This document shows positions 52,924-64,000 of a stretch of DNA of 64,000 bases, one piece after another; the stretch's first letter is position 1, and each line of letters begins with the position of its first letter. The translations under genes and the position numbers were made by a program. Under the pieces are notes generated by a model. That model was not told the origin of the DNA. It ran no database searches and was given only the letters and a program-made list of their open reading frames with translations. This DNA is from Octopus sinensis (lineage: Eukaryota), in assembly GCF_006345805.1 (NCBI RefSeq), contig NC_043006.1, positions 52,824,001 through 52,888,000 on the forward strand, read 5' to 3'.

Positions 52924-53639
52924 CTGAAAAGATATAAATATAACATTAATACACTGTTGAAATAAGTCTTGAAATTATCTGACAAATTTTAACATTGAAT
53001 ATATTCGTGGCTATTGTTAGAGATTAGATCAACAATAAATGCAATTTGTTTTCATAGCTTCTGTTATCATGTTGCTAGACAGTGTGCTGTTCTTTTCAGA
53101 AAAGTGGGTTATGCTTATAGCATAAGTGATTCTTTGACTTATTATTTAGTTTCCAAGACATAATTTAGGTACTTTTTTTTTACAGATAAAAGTCACGTTT
53201 CATGGAGTTTGAGATAGTGTGATCCAGTTTGTGAGTTTGTAGTCATACGTTTACGCTTTCTATGGCCTATTTTGAATGCATTTTTTTACATGATATTTTA
53301 GAACGATGAAAGAACCAAGCACTATATCAAAGCGTTCAAAATAATATTATACACAACATTATTTAAATAACAGTACTCAGTAGTATTAGCTCACATTATA
53401 CAAGAATAATAATAACTATCACAAGAAATATTGAACATCATTCCTGCAATGTATTTCTCAATAAAATCTTAATCAAGTAAGACACTGGATAAAATGAAGT
53501 AAATATTACAATTTTATTCATTCCTTCTACACTAAATTATACCATACTGTCTTTTTCTTGCTACAAAACCCTTATACTATGAGTAAGAGAACAACGAGGG
53601 ATATTAGAAGTCTTGGTCATTCCACCAAATTACACATGT

Positions 53640-54270
53640 TCCAAAGATTAACATTGCGAAAGCTCAATGTATTTCATGTGATTATATTCAAGAAACGGCT
53701 CAGCAGTCCTAAACAGAGACATTCGATTTCCAGTGAGTACTGGGCTCTTTGTTCCTTATAAACTACGTATATTTCTATAAACCGTTTTATATTTGAAGAA
53801 GAAATATCCATGAGGCTACGGTCAACACTCCATTAACTTAGTTGACAAGTCGGTTCCATGTCAGTCTAACATTGTTTGCTTTTTTACTGATATAAACACT
53901 CATATATATATACACATACATATGTATGTATGTATACATGCCTACACACATACATACATACATACATACATACATACATACATACATACATACATACATA
54001 CATACATACATACATACATACATACATACATACATACATACACAGTGCACAGTTGTGGAAATTAGTTGCCCACCGGATGTTAACATAAAACTGAAGATCA
54101 GTGAGAAAGAGAACACCTATACTGAAGAACTGAGAAATCTGCAGTTACAAGTTCAAGTTTATACCTGTAATTATTGGGGCCTTGGGATATGTAACACACT
54201 ACCTAAATACCAATCTTGAGAAATTAGGCTTCTCAAAACTAGAAAGGAGGAAGGTAATTCGAAGATTACG
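53640..54270 (+). mobile_element. RLE-type LINE endonuclease remnant interrupted by (CATA)n
   Basis: ORF 53926-54219 tail VVEISCPPDVNIKLKISEKENTY..GLG resembles the D..P.D...K..EK..KY..GALG block of RLE domains. Confidence 0.5.
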
Positions 54271-55344
54271 GATCCAATCCATCACTGGAACCGTAAAAAT
54301 CTGTAAAACTTTCCAGAAGTTTATAATTTAAATATATATGAGCATGCCTAGGTATGAAACTATATGATTGAGAATACACGCATAAAACATACATACATAC
54401 ATACATACATACATACATACATACATACATACATACATACATAGAAACAAAAATACCGTTGTTGATATTGAAATTCCAATAAAAGCGCCTTAGATCTAGG
54501 GTAGAAACCGGTTCTTTCTCTATTGGCAAGAAATCTTGAAATAAACTTAATAATGACATACATACATATATGTTCATCTCCTTGTTTGTGTCCTTGAGAA
54601 ATTCATGCTACCCGGTTCCCACCCTAATTTAACTACTCTACTAAGGAATATTTTTTATTTATTGTTTCATTCGTTTAACTAGCAAATCTTATTTTTGTAG
54701 AAAAAAAGAAATTTTAACGTAAAATAACATTTCACCACCTTTTACAGTTTATTTAGCACTTAAAATAGAAAAATGGCTTGCTCTGTTTTCAGATATATAA
54801 ACCAGCTTTCATGAGATAAAATGTTGACAGAAATTAATATTGAATTTATCTGTGCATTTATCTTTTGTTATTTTAGTTGTTCGTGGTAGATCTTGGGCAC
54901 GATATTAGATATGAAGCCAGAGCTGCCACTAGTCTATAGAAACTCTACTCTTGCATATATCTCGCCGTCAGTATTGGCAAAATCAAAATTCTTGCAAGAA
55001 AAGGCGGATATGATGAGGGGGTTGTTTAACATACATCTATTTACACATAAATTTGCAGATATTCGCACAGTATATATATTTGGGTGTATGCATATGAGTA
55101 TCAACATGTGTACATACATACTTACATATATACACGCACAGAGAGAGGGAGAGAAAGATGCATAAACATTTGAGCGTGTGCGTACAAGAATGTGCACATG
55201 CATAAATGCATGCATACATCTGTGTATGTACAATATATGCATGGATATGTATGTATATAGCTATATACATACACATATGAGTATATATGTATATACCAAT
55301 AATTCATATACATATACTTATATATATATATTCGTTTCTATTCT

Positions 55345-55535
55345 AGGCACAAGGTCCGAAATTTGTGGGGAGGGGAGCCAGTCAATTAGATCGACCTCAG
55401 TACGCCACTGGTACTTAATTTATTGACCCCGAAAGAATGAAAGGCAAAGTTGATCTCGGCAGAATTTGAACTCAGAACGTATAAACAGACCAAATACCGG
55501 TGTGCCAACGTTTCTGCCAGCCAGCTCGCTGCCTT
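55345..55535 (-). mobile_element. tRNA-derived SINE family B
   Basis: Colinear with the 23564 and 29920 copies. Confidence 0.85.
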
Positions 55536-55548
55536 ATATTTACACACA

Positions 55549-55607
<59 letters not shown>

Positions 55608-55643
55608 TTATAAATATATATATATGTATACATATATATATGT

Positions 55644-55683
<40 letters not shown>

Positions 55684-57112
55684 CATATATATATATATAT
55701 ATATATATAGATGTTATAGGCATTCATTTGTCTAGATATACAGATAGATACTGTTGAACCAAGGCAAAAAGTGCAGTTTCAGCAGCAGCCTTCAAACGAC
55801 CTATATCTATTTCGTGTGGTGACGCATTTTTCTATGTAATTTGATTAGAGCAGATGTGAAGTAAATACAGCACGTGATAGTTAATAACAAACATCTTTAT
55901 CTCTCCTATGAAGGTTTTCGACCGTAAAGACTCGCGTCAGCATTTATGTTTTATGGGGAAAGTTTTTTAAACTTTCGGATGCAATATTCAGTAGGAGATA
56001 ACTACTGAAAATCAAGTTTCTTTTTTCCCTTCTGTTTATTACTCTGCAGAATGCTTTCATGACAGTGGTCATAAATATCAAATGCCGTGTTTGTTTAATC
56101 TACAAATTAACGTATATGTAAACAACCGTAGATATGTGGAAGATATTATAAACATAAAAATGTCAAGAGAAATATGCTGAAGACATCGTCCAAACGGTGT
56201 GTGCCAAAAGTTATCCAAAATACCTTTCTAATTAAGTAGCAATCAACAATTTAAGAATTTAGTAGAATATACTGAAGTTGTAATAGTTGTACTTTGCATA
56301 AATCAGCTCATATGATCTTTATAGCGTACAAATAGAAGGATAGTATGATAATAAGTGTCATTCACCGAAGAGGGATTCTATCTCTCACAGATAAACCTTT
56401 ATGAACAACTTTGATTACGTAAAAGAAAAGTCCGTCATAACCATGCACGTTAGAGCAGTCAAAGTTGAGACCAGTCATCAATTGTTTGCGCGAAATTATA
56501 TATATTACACATGTACAGCAGTTGTACCCTATCCGACATCCGAGCCATGTTACTGCCACTGAATTCTGTGCCAAAATCTCGAAACATTATGTTATTACAT
56601 ATCTTCTCCATTCATGATATCAAAAACGGCGCAACTCAAAGACTTTTTTTACTTTCAACTATGGCATCCAAGAACAATCTTTCGAAAACTCGTAATCTCA
56701 CACAACGAAACTCATATTCCGAAATTTGAAATCCACTGTAGAGTGGTCGATTATCGATCGTTCTGTTGGTGACCGAAATATTTGGAATGAGGTGATTGGT
56801 TGAGATCGGATTGGCTGTTTGGACGCTGGCGATTTGGCATGACAAGTTCCTCTTGTTTCTTAATGACATTTATGGACAGAATTTGAAGAGATTCAGCTGA
56901 GAACTGTTCGATGGGAATTATTGCTGAATAGAAAACATATTGCAGATTAAATGATTTGTTGTGACATTGCTGAATACGTTGTATCTGCGCAGTGTGTCCG
57001 GATTTAGTATAATGTCACAAGTCGAGTCAGTATGGAGTTAAAGATTGTACCAGGAAATCCTAGTAATGGAAGTGAAATGACTTAACACGGAAATGAATAT
57101 GTGCTATAAACT

Positions 57113-57152
57113 CTAACTCTAACCCTAACCCTAACCCTAACCCTAACCCTAA
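57113..57152. repeat. Short interstitial telomere-like (CCCTAA)n tract
   Basis: About five perfect CCCTAA units plus degenerate CTCTAA units. Confidence 0.85.
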
Positions 57153-57250
57153 TGTGGTTTTCTGTGAATATGAGAATAAAAGTGATCATATGAATTCTTA
57201 TTACGGTTATTTCAATAGATATGAGGTTTCAAATATTTCAGGAAAGTGTG

Positions 57251-57301
<51 letters not shown>

Positions 57302-57556
57302 GATCTGGTTACTGACACAGTTCTAGAACAGTGGAACAGTTACTTAGTTGCAGTTGTGCGAAAAAAAACATTGACAACATTGAGGCGGAAGTGAATTTAA
57401 CAGGTTCTTTTCTTATTTGTGTTATTAAATGACTAGAAAGAGTCTCCCACGATGAAACTGTTACAGTTTCAACACTCACTCGCACATCAAGTCACCAGCT
57501 AGATTTGTGTAATACAAACGTGTGTGTATGTGTATCTATTTATCTATCTATCTAGC

Positions 57557-57627
<71 letters not shown>

Positions 57628-57754
57628 ATATATTATATATATATATGCTATACATGTAATACATTCATATATATATATATAATATATATATATACATAAT
57701 ACATTCAGACATATATACCTACACGCATACATATATGCATATATACATACATGC

Positions 57755-57779
57755 ATATCAAAACACCAAACGTGTACAT
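57755..57779 (-). CDS. Tentative first coding exon of the VWA gene (MYTFGVLI + phase 1)
   Basis: ATG at 57779 lies about 135 nt downstream of a TATA box. Joining at a GC donor (T/GCATGT) gives MYTFGVLILILPLVRC, a plausible signal peptide. Requires a non-canonical donor; alternatives exist. Confidence 0.35.
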
Positions 57780-57911
57780 GGTTAATATTTATGTGAACTG
57801 ACATTCTTGGTCCTGGAGATATTCTGCTCTTTGTCAATTAAGCCTCTAATTTTACCCGTTTTCAAAATTCAATGAAACATTGAGTTAATCTTATACACGC
57901 CTAGCTACCTG

Positions 57912-57940
57912 CTTTATATAAACCACACCTACATGACTCA
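57912..57940 (-). promoter_or_regulatory. Candidate core promoter: TATATAAAG with adjacent AP-1 site
   Basis: Minus-strand TATATAAAG 57912-57920 and TGAGTCA 57934-57940 in non-repeat DNA upstream of the VWA exons. Confidence 0.4.
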
Positions 57941-58499
57941 CACAGCCAGCATGACTGGCCTACTTCTTCTGTAGAAATAAACTGGTCATTGACTAACTGT
58001 AAGTAATAAAATGGTCATTAAGTTTATGTAAGTTTGTCTATGTGTGTCTATGTATATATTTAAATATGTGTGCGCGGCCTCGTTCATATGTTGCCGTATA
58101 TGCCCGTGTGTGTACGTGTGTGTGTGCGCGCGCACTTGTCTGTAAGTATGTCTATATATGTGTCTACATGTGTATCTGAATGTTTATGTTCTTATGTGTG
58201 TTAGTGCATGCGCACGTGTGAATGTATATCTGTCTTCCCTTTCTTTATATAAAATTAGATAATAAATATTATTTCTCATCCATCAAATAAAGTCGAGAAT
58301 TTGTGTCTTACTTTCTACACATGTAAAAGCTTTGTTATAACAAATGTTTATATATATGGTGTATAAATAGAGAATATTCTTTGTATAAATATAAAAGATT
58401 GTTTGTCTGTGTTATCTGAAGAAATATATAACTTCTTGAAGCAGTCATCTAAAAGTATTATCACCAAACTCGAAAATAAGAAATTTAAATTTAAATGTT

Positions 58500-58890
58500 C
58501 CACAGTGTGAAAATGATCCCCCACTGTGTATTGTTTAGCGATCCCTACATCATCCTGTCTATATTGTATGGTTATTACTACATCGTCATTTTATGGTTAT
58601 TACTACATCATGTCATTACCTTATTATATGATTATTGCCTGGTTTGTAGATATTGTATACTTATTAACTCATCATGCTATATTTGGTAGTCATTATCACA
58701 GCATGTGTATTCATTAGCGCATTGTGTGCAGACTGTTTCACATTCTCTGTGTATTGGCTAATCATGTATGGTCCACTCTGTACTCTCTGTTCATGTCATA
58801 TAGTAATAACCACAGTACCACATTCTGCGTATGTTGTATAGTCATTACCACATACTGTGTACAATGTATGGTCATTTCTACAATGTGTGT
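58500..58890. repeat. Degenerate GTATGGTCATTACyACAT minisatellite; 58735-58890 homologous to 62213-62365
   Basis: Shared CACATTCTCTGTGTATTGGCT..TAATAACCACAG..TGTATGGTC..TTCTACAATGTGTGTG. Confidence 0.7.
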
Positions 58891-61679
58891 GTATTTTATA
58901 GTCACTTTGTATTTTCTGAAATATTGGAGAAAGACACATCATTAACGAAAATTTTTGCTAAACATGTCGATTTTCATCTCAATATAGCGAAGATATCAAG
59001 ATCTCCACTTTAGTAAAACGTGGAGTTAAAAGTTTTAACTTTTTTAATGTGACATTTGAAGAAACTGGGACAACAGAATTAGAATAAAATGAACGTCTAG
59101 ACTTTACAAAGTTCCATTCGACTTCAGAGCTTTTCTATCAAACTTGACTGACTTTGTTGATATTGACATTAACAAACTTGCTTGAATGTATTTCAATAAA
59201 TCTCGATAAGGTTTAACTTTATCCTTAAGCCCACGGAATTCAATAAAATTAATGTAAAATGAATTAACTCGATTTATGCCATATCAATGTTTGGCATGAA
59301 TTGGATAGAAGAGGCTAGCAACTGACTTTTACAAAATTAACTTTGAAAACCAATTCAAAAAAGCGTAATTTGAAAACAAAGGAGGCTGGCATGAAACGGT
59401 AAACAACAAGTGGTGGCAAGTAGATACTAAATACAGATTAAAGATAGTAAACAACTGGAGATTGCAGCGGATATCTGGTTACTGTTAGGTAGAGTGAGAA
59501 ATTCAGAATCCTGACCTGACCATTATAGTAGGACAATAAGGATATGAAGACCCCGATGTGTAGTCTGATTGTTTTGGCCATCTGTTCCGCTACAGAAAAG
59601 CTAGAGAAGAAATTTATGAATTTTAAGCACCTTCAGATACTGTAAAGTTGTATAATATTGTATAGTGTAGGGCAGTGCATAAGTGTGGCGTTGCAATAGT
59701 GCAGTTTAGTGAAGGGAGTAAGCAAGATATAATTCACTACAATATAATGCAATGCAATTGTGGTGTAACGGTGTGTAGTGTTGATTAATATGTTATTATA
59801 GAAGAGAGATGCAGCTTTTGAAACCAAAACGTATAATGTAATGTAGTATTGTACTTGAAATAGTTCCAATGTGGTTATATTTGAAGTCGGTACTAGTTTA
59901 GACCTAAAAATTACAACTATCGAAATGATACTGTTTATATATTCACTTTTTGGTTTATTGTTTTTGAAGATTTTTAATTAATGTATGCGGCATTAATTTA
60001 GCACTGAAATGTAGCTATCCCACTGGTCTTCATGGGTTTAACAGCGATACAAAAGAATCAACTAATAATCTTCGATTATATGTGTGCGAGGTGAGTGTAT
60101 GTATACATGTACATCCTTTTGACTTTTGTTGTTTCTTACAGAAATATATTATCAATTTCTCATTTCCTTTCGTGTAAAATGTTTGAAATGTTTTTATGTT
60201 GATTTCTTCATATGTTACTTAATAGCAATACATTAATAGCAATTATACCTGTACGTGTATAATTCTATGCTCGTGTGCGAATGTGTGTGCGTATATTTGT
60301 GTGTCTTTAAATGTGTGCGTGTGTGTGCACTTCTAAGCCAAAAAGTACTATCGCCAAAGACCAGCTATTACCAAAACAGATTCAATGCCCAACCAGTCAT
60401 GCCAAATCGCCAGCGTCCAAACAGCCAATCCGATCTCAACCAATCACCTCATTCCAGATTTCCCTACCCACTTGAGTCGGCTAAAAATTATTAGATGACT
60501 AAAATGTCTTTCAAATATCAGAACTTTTTTCTTTTCGTATCATCCTGTTAAAATGTTCGATAACTAATTCAAAGTAAATTTGCACGCCATCACTAAATTA
60601 AGTTTCGTTGGTAATTGCAATGTAAGAAAACAAACAAAGACATCTTATGAAACATATATATCAGATATATATTTTGTCCCTTGGTGCTTTCATACTTTTT
60701 TCATTACTCTTGTTTCAGCAAAACATTTTGCCATAAACAAAGCGGGTGGGTGAATTAAAAATAGGATTTCTTGTGTTTAAAATCATCTACCATAATTCCC
60801 AGGATATTTTCTCGTTCATAAAACTGTTTCCTTGGTGTCAACTTCGTTACAATTCCACCATTTTCTCTTTAATCTTCACTTATCTCTCTGCACCACTCTT
60901 GTCATATTTTACTGTTGTTTATCGTCTGTTTTACTGTGAAGTTTTCTCCAATACATTCTTACTTCCTGTTGGCCTCTACATGTGTGGCATTTCTAAAAGT
61001 ACAACAAATTTTATGAATGTAATTCGTAGATATTTCCCCCGCACAATTAGAAGTATAAGTTTGCTCATTACCCCTGTCAACCAAATCTGCAATCCATTGT
61101 GGTTTCTGCTTCAAGCCATTTCAGTTAACGTTTATCGCTAAAGCTTTGGGAACGGGCATTGACGCTCTGAGCCTAAAATTACAAATTTCTTGTGCCTTCT
61201 CTCAAAACTAAAGTAAAATACAATACGAGATCTTTTAACTGAACACCGTCTTGGAAGATGGTTAAGGCAGTTAGCTGAAGCCATACACCAAACTGAGACG
61301 CCACTTTATGTCTTCTGTGCTAACTTATACTTATTCCCTTTTCCTGTGATTGTGCTGAATTCTATAAAGTAAGAAATTAATCTTCTTTGATCTGTATATT
61401 AGATTTTATACTGAAAGACAAGTTAGAAAAAAAAAGAAATATTTTTCGCCACATTGTTTCAACAAATTTCATTCGAAAATAAAATATTGAAGTCAAGGAC
61501 TGTACTAAATGAATCTGTACAACGACGTAAGATTATGTTAGAGTGGTTGCAAGAAAACAAAAAGAAAGAGAAGATATTCATTATTTCATCATTGTTTTCT
61601 CTCGTTAAATTCTTTAAAAATAAACGAAAAAGGAAATTGATAACATAACGATATGATAATTATGAGTGTCATGTCACTA

Positions 61680-62460
61680 TATTTCGGTTTGTCGGTTTAT
61701 TATTAGAGTTTATAGTCAAACGTCATGTTTATAGTCAAGATGTCAGTCTGTGGACAAAGTGTCGGTTTATTGTCAGTGTTGGTGTTTTGACAAAGTGTTT
61801 ATTGTCACAGTCTTTGTCTATTGACACAGTATCAGACATTTAACAATGTCGATCTATTGTCAATGTCGGTCTGTTGTCAGTGGTCGTTTATTGCCAAAGT
61901 GTTGTCTATTGTAATTGTCAGTCTATATGCAGTGTCAGTTTATTGAGAAAATGCGGTTGTATTGTCTCACTGACTCCTATTGTCAGTGGTGCATTATCAG
62001 TGTTGTCAGTTGCCAGTGGTTGTCTATTGTCAACGTTTGTTTATGGTCGATGTTAATCGATTGTCAATGTTATTCTTTGTCAGTATCAGTAACTGTCGGT
62101 CTATTGACAAAATCTTGACATGATACACAATGTCAATTTATTGGTACATTATCGGTCTATTTCCAATTTTAATGTTGATGTATTGACGTAGTACATTGTG
62201 TTCAGACTAAGTCCCACATTCTCTGTGTATTGGCTTATCGTGTAGGATCCTTTCTGTATTCTCTATTCATGTTATGTACTAATAACCACAGCACAACATT
62301 CTCTGTACATTCTTTACTACACATTGTGTACATTGTATGGTCCCTTCTACAATGTGTGTGCATTGTTCTGCTGACAGACTGTCAACAGTTACTGTCAATC
62401 TAACACACTGCCGGCGGTCGTCTATTGTTAAAGTGTCGGTCTATTGTCAATGTTTATCTA
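61680..62460. repeat. Degenerate GTCGGTCTATTGTCAATGT minisatellite
   Basis: Recurrent units of about 20 bp, with the 62213-62365 block embedded. Confidence 0.75.
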
Positions 62461-63068
62461 TAACCCAAGTCAGTCAATTGATTCTATACTGATATAATAT
62501 TGATGTCAAATTCACACAAGAATAGCATTGTCCTTCGTCCCTTTTAGTCGCCGACAACCTGATTATGCAACAGGTTGTACTGGGTTAGGTATTTCAGCAG
62601 TACTTTCGAGTGACCCGACATAGATGTATATATACATACGTATGTGTGCGCGAGTGTGTGTGTGGTGGGGAGTAGCGTCAGCGGTTTTAAATCTGCATAT
62701 TTAAATCGAAGATTCCATTTTGGTTGAAACTGTAAATTGTGAAATACAGTGAAAATTGATTCCTAAACGTAACGACACAAACATCAAAAATTGGTTCTCG
62801 GTACTATTGACTTTTCGCAACTTGTTTATTTTTTTCCTTTACTAGAAATATTACTGCCGATTTTCATCATTCTGTTTACACCAATTCGCACTTTTATCCC
62901 CTCCTTTTTTTTTTTTTGCAGAATTTCATGACATACAAAGCTTTTACATATCAGTTTGAAAATGACTGACCTACATGGCACGTCCCACAAATTAGAATGA
63001 CAAAACATTTATTCCCATTTTATACAGATTCTCTTTCCTTTCAGACAAAACTTTCCAAAAATATGTGT

Positions 63069-63120
<52 letters not shown>

Positions 63121-63269
63121 TGTGTGTGTGTACGTATGTATACATATACAATATATCCATATCTATATATATATATAAACATATATATATATATATATAT
63201 ATATGCATACACACATATATATATGCATATGTATGTGTGCGTGTGTGAGTATGTGTGGGTTAGGGTTAG

Positions 63270-63580
63270 GATCTCATCAGTCGACCTCCCGCAGTGTCCT
63301 TATCATTCAGGTTTATCTCCCTCAACAATTCCTGTTACCCGTTGCAAATTTTCCCTCGAAAGATATAAAACATAGAACTTTTCTTTATCACACATTTCTG
63401 TACCGATCTCGCCCTCCATCTCTTCCTCATACCCATTTTCGTCTTTACCATCCTCCTCCTCCCCTTCCTTATCCTTCTCCTCCTTCATCTGCGGAGCGTA
63501 TTGAAGACACTTTCGATACGATTCCAGTGGGACACACTGATGGATCGTAAATGTGATACGGAACTCTGTCAGTTTCAACG
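63270..63580 (+). mobile_element. Probable PLE 3'-end fragment
   Basis: Pyrimidine-rich tract ending in a decayed CTGATGG..GGAA..GTC hammerhead-like word. Confidence 0.35.
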
Positions 63581-64000
63581 ATGAGTATTCAATTGCTCAT
63601 TCAACTGAACTCCCTGCTAATTGAATAATGGTTTAAGTGGTTGTGTATTCCACAGGCACATGTGTCCCAAACGTAAATCTCAGGGGGTATCTTCATAAAA
63701 GAGTCTGACAAGTCTAGATCTTTAGATTAAATATATGAGCCACTAGTTTCCTACGCAGTTTCCATCTGCTCAACCCCACTCACACAGTTTGGGTGGATCC
63801 GTGGCTAGGATATAAAAAAAACCTTGCTCTCTTGGGTGGGATCGAACTTATGACCTCGTGATTGCGAAATGAACTTGTTAACTATTCGAGCATGCTGTGT
63901 ATACATGTCTGGTTGACTTTAGGAGCCGCCCACTTACCGATGTTTTACACTATTCTAATGAACTTGATTGCACTCGACAAATGTTTTATATTTTACTTAC

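Larger units (their letters stand above)
56783..60456. repeat. Perfect 61-bp inverted repeat pair (56783-56843 and 60396-60456)
   Basis: 61/61 identity by manual comparison; flanks unrelated. Confidence 0.93.

Noticed and set aside
60746-61330. 131-aa ORF and Cys/Trp-containing antisense frames
   Set aside because: No motif I can recognise and multiple stops on the opposite strand; possibly an old transposon, unassigned.
63534-63574. Further hammerhead-like words (also about 2475-2510, 2640-2670, 22860-22890)
   Set aside because: Core nucleotides are mutated and helix I does not pair; treated as dead PLE termini.

Overview
Eukaryotic, AT-rich, microsatellite- and transposon-dense DNA. The SINE families and repeat landscape resemble coleoid cephalopod (Octopus-like) genomes; this is inference from recall, not a database result. 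One protein-coding gene is supportable, on the minus strand at about 57.9-40.0 kb. It encodes a secreted protein with two tandem von Willebrand factor A (VWA) domains, about 408 aa if the first exon is right. Coding exons: 52882-52923, 47272-47838 and 41555-42147, all joined in phase 1, plus a tentative first exon at 57755-57779 behind a TATA box. The rest is mostly transposon fossils: Penelope-like elements (PLEs) of several families, mariner, maT, pogo, Helitron, gypsy, CR1, RTE, restriction-like-endonuclease (RLE) and Tx1-type LINEs, and three tRNA-derived SINE families (my labels A, B, C). No rRNA, genuine tRNA gene or CRISPR array was seen. The most notable signals are: several hammerhead-ribozyme folds in PLE termini, including one behind a tRNA-derived Pol III head inside the VWA intron; an ORF1-only Tx1-like element sharing its 3' end with a SINE; a scrambled 3.5-kb block with exact inverted breakpoint copies; and a perfect 61-bp inverted repeat bracketing the putative promoter. 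I cannot establish a wholly new biological system from sequence alone. All alignments, counts and folds were done by eye, and boundaries of degenerate elements are approximate.
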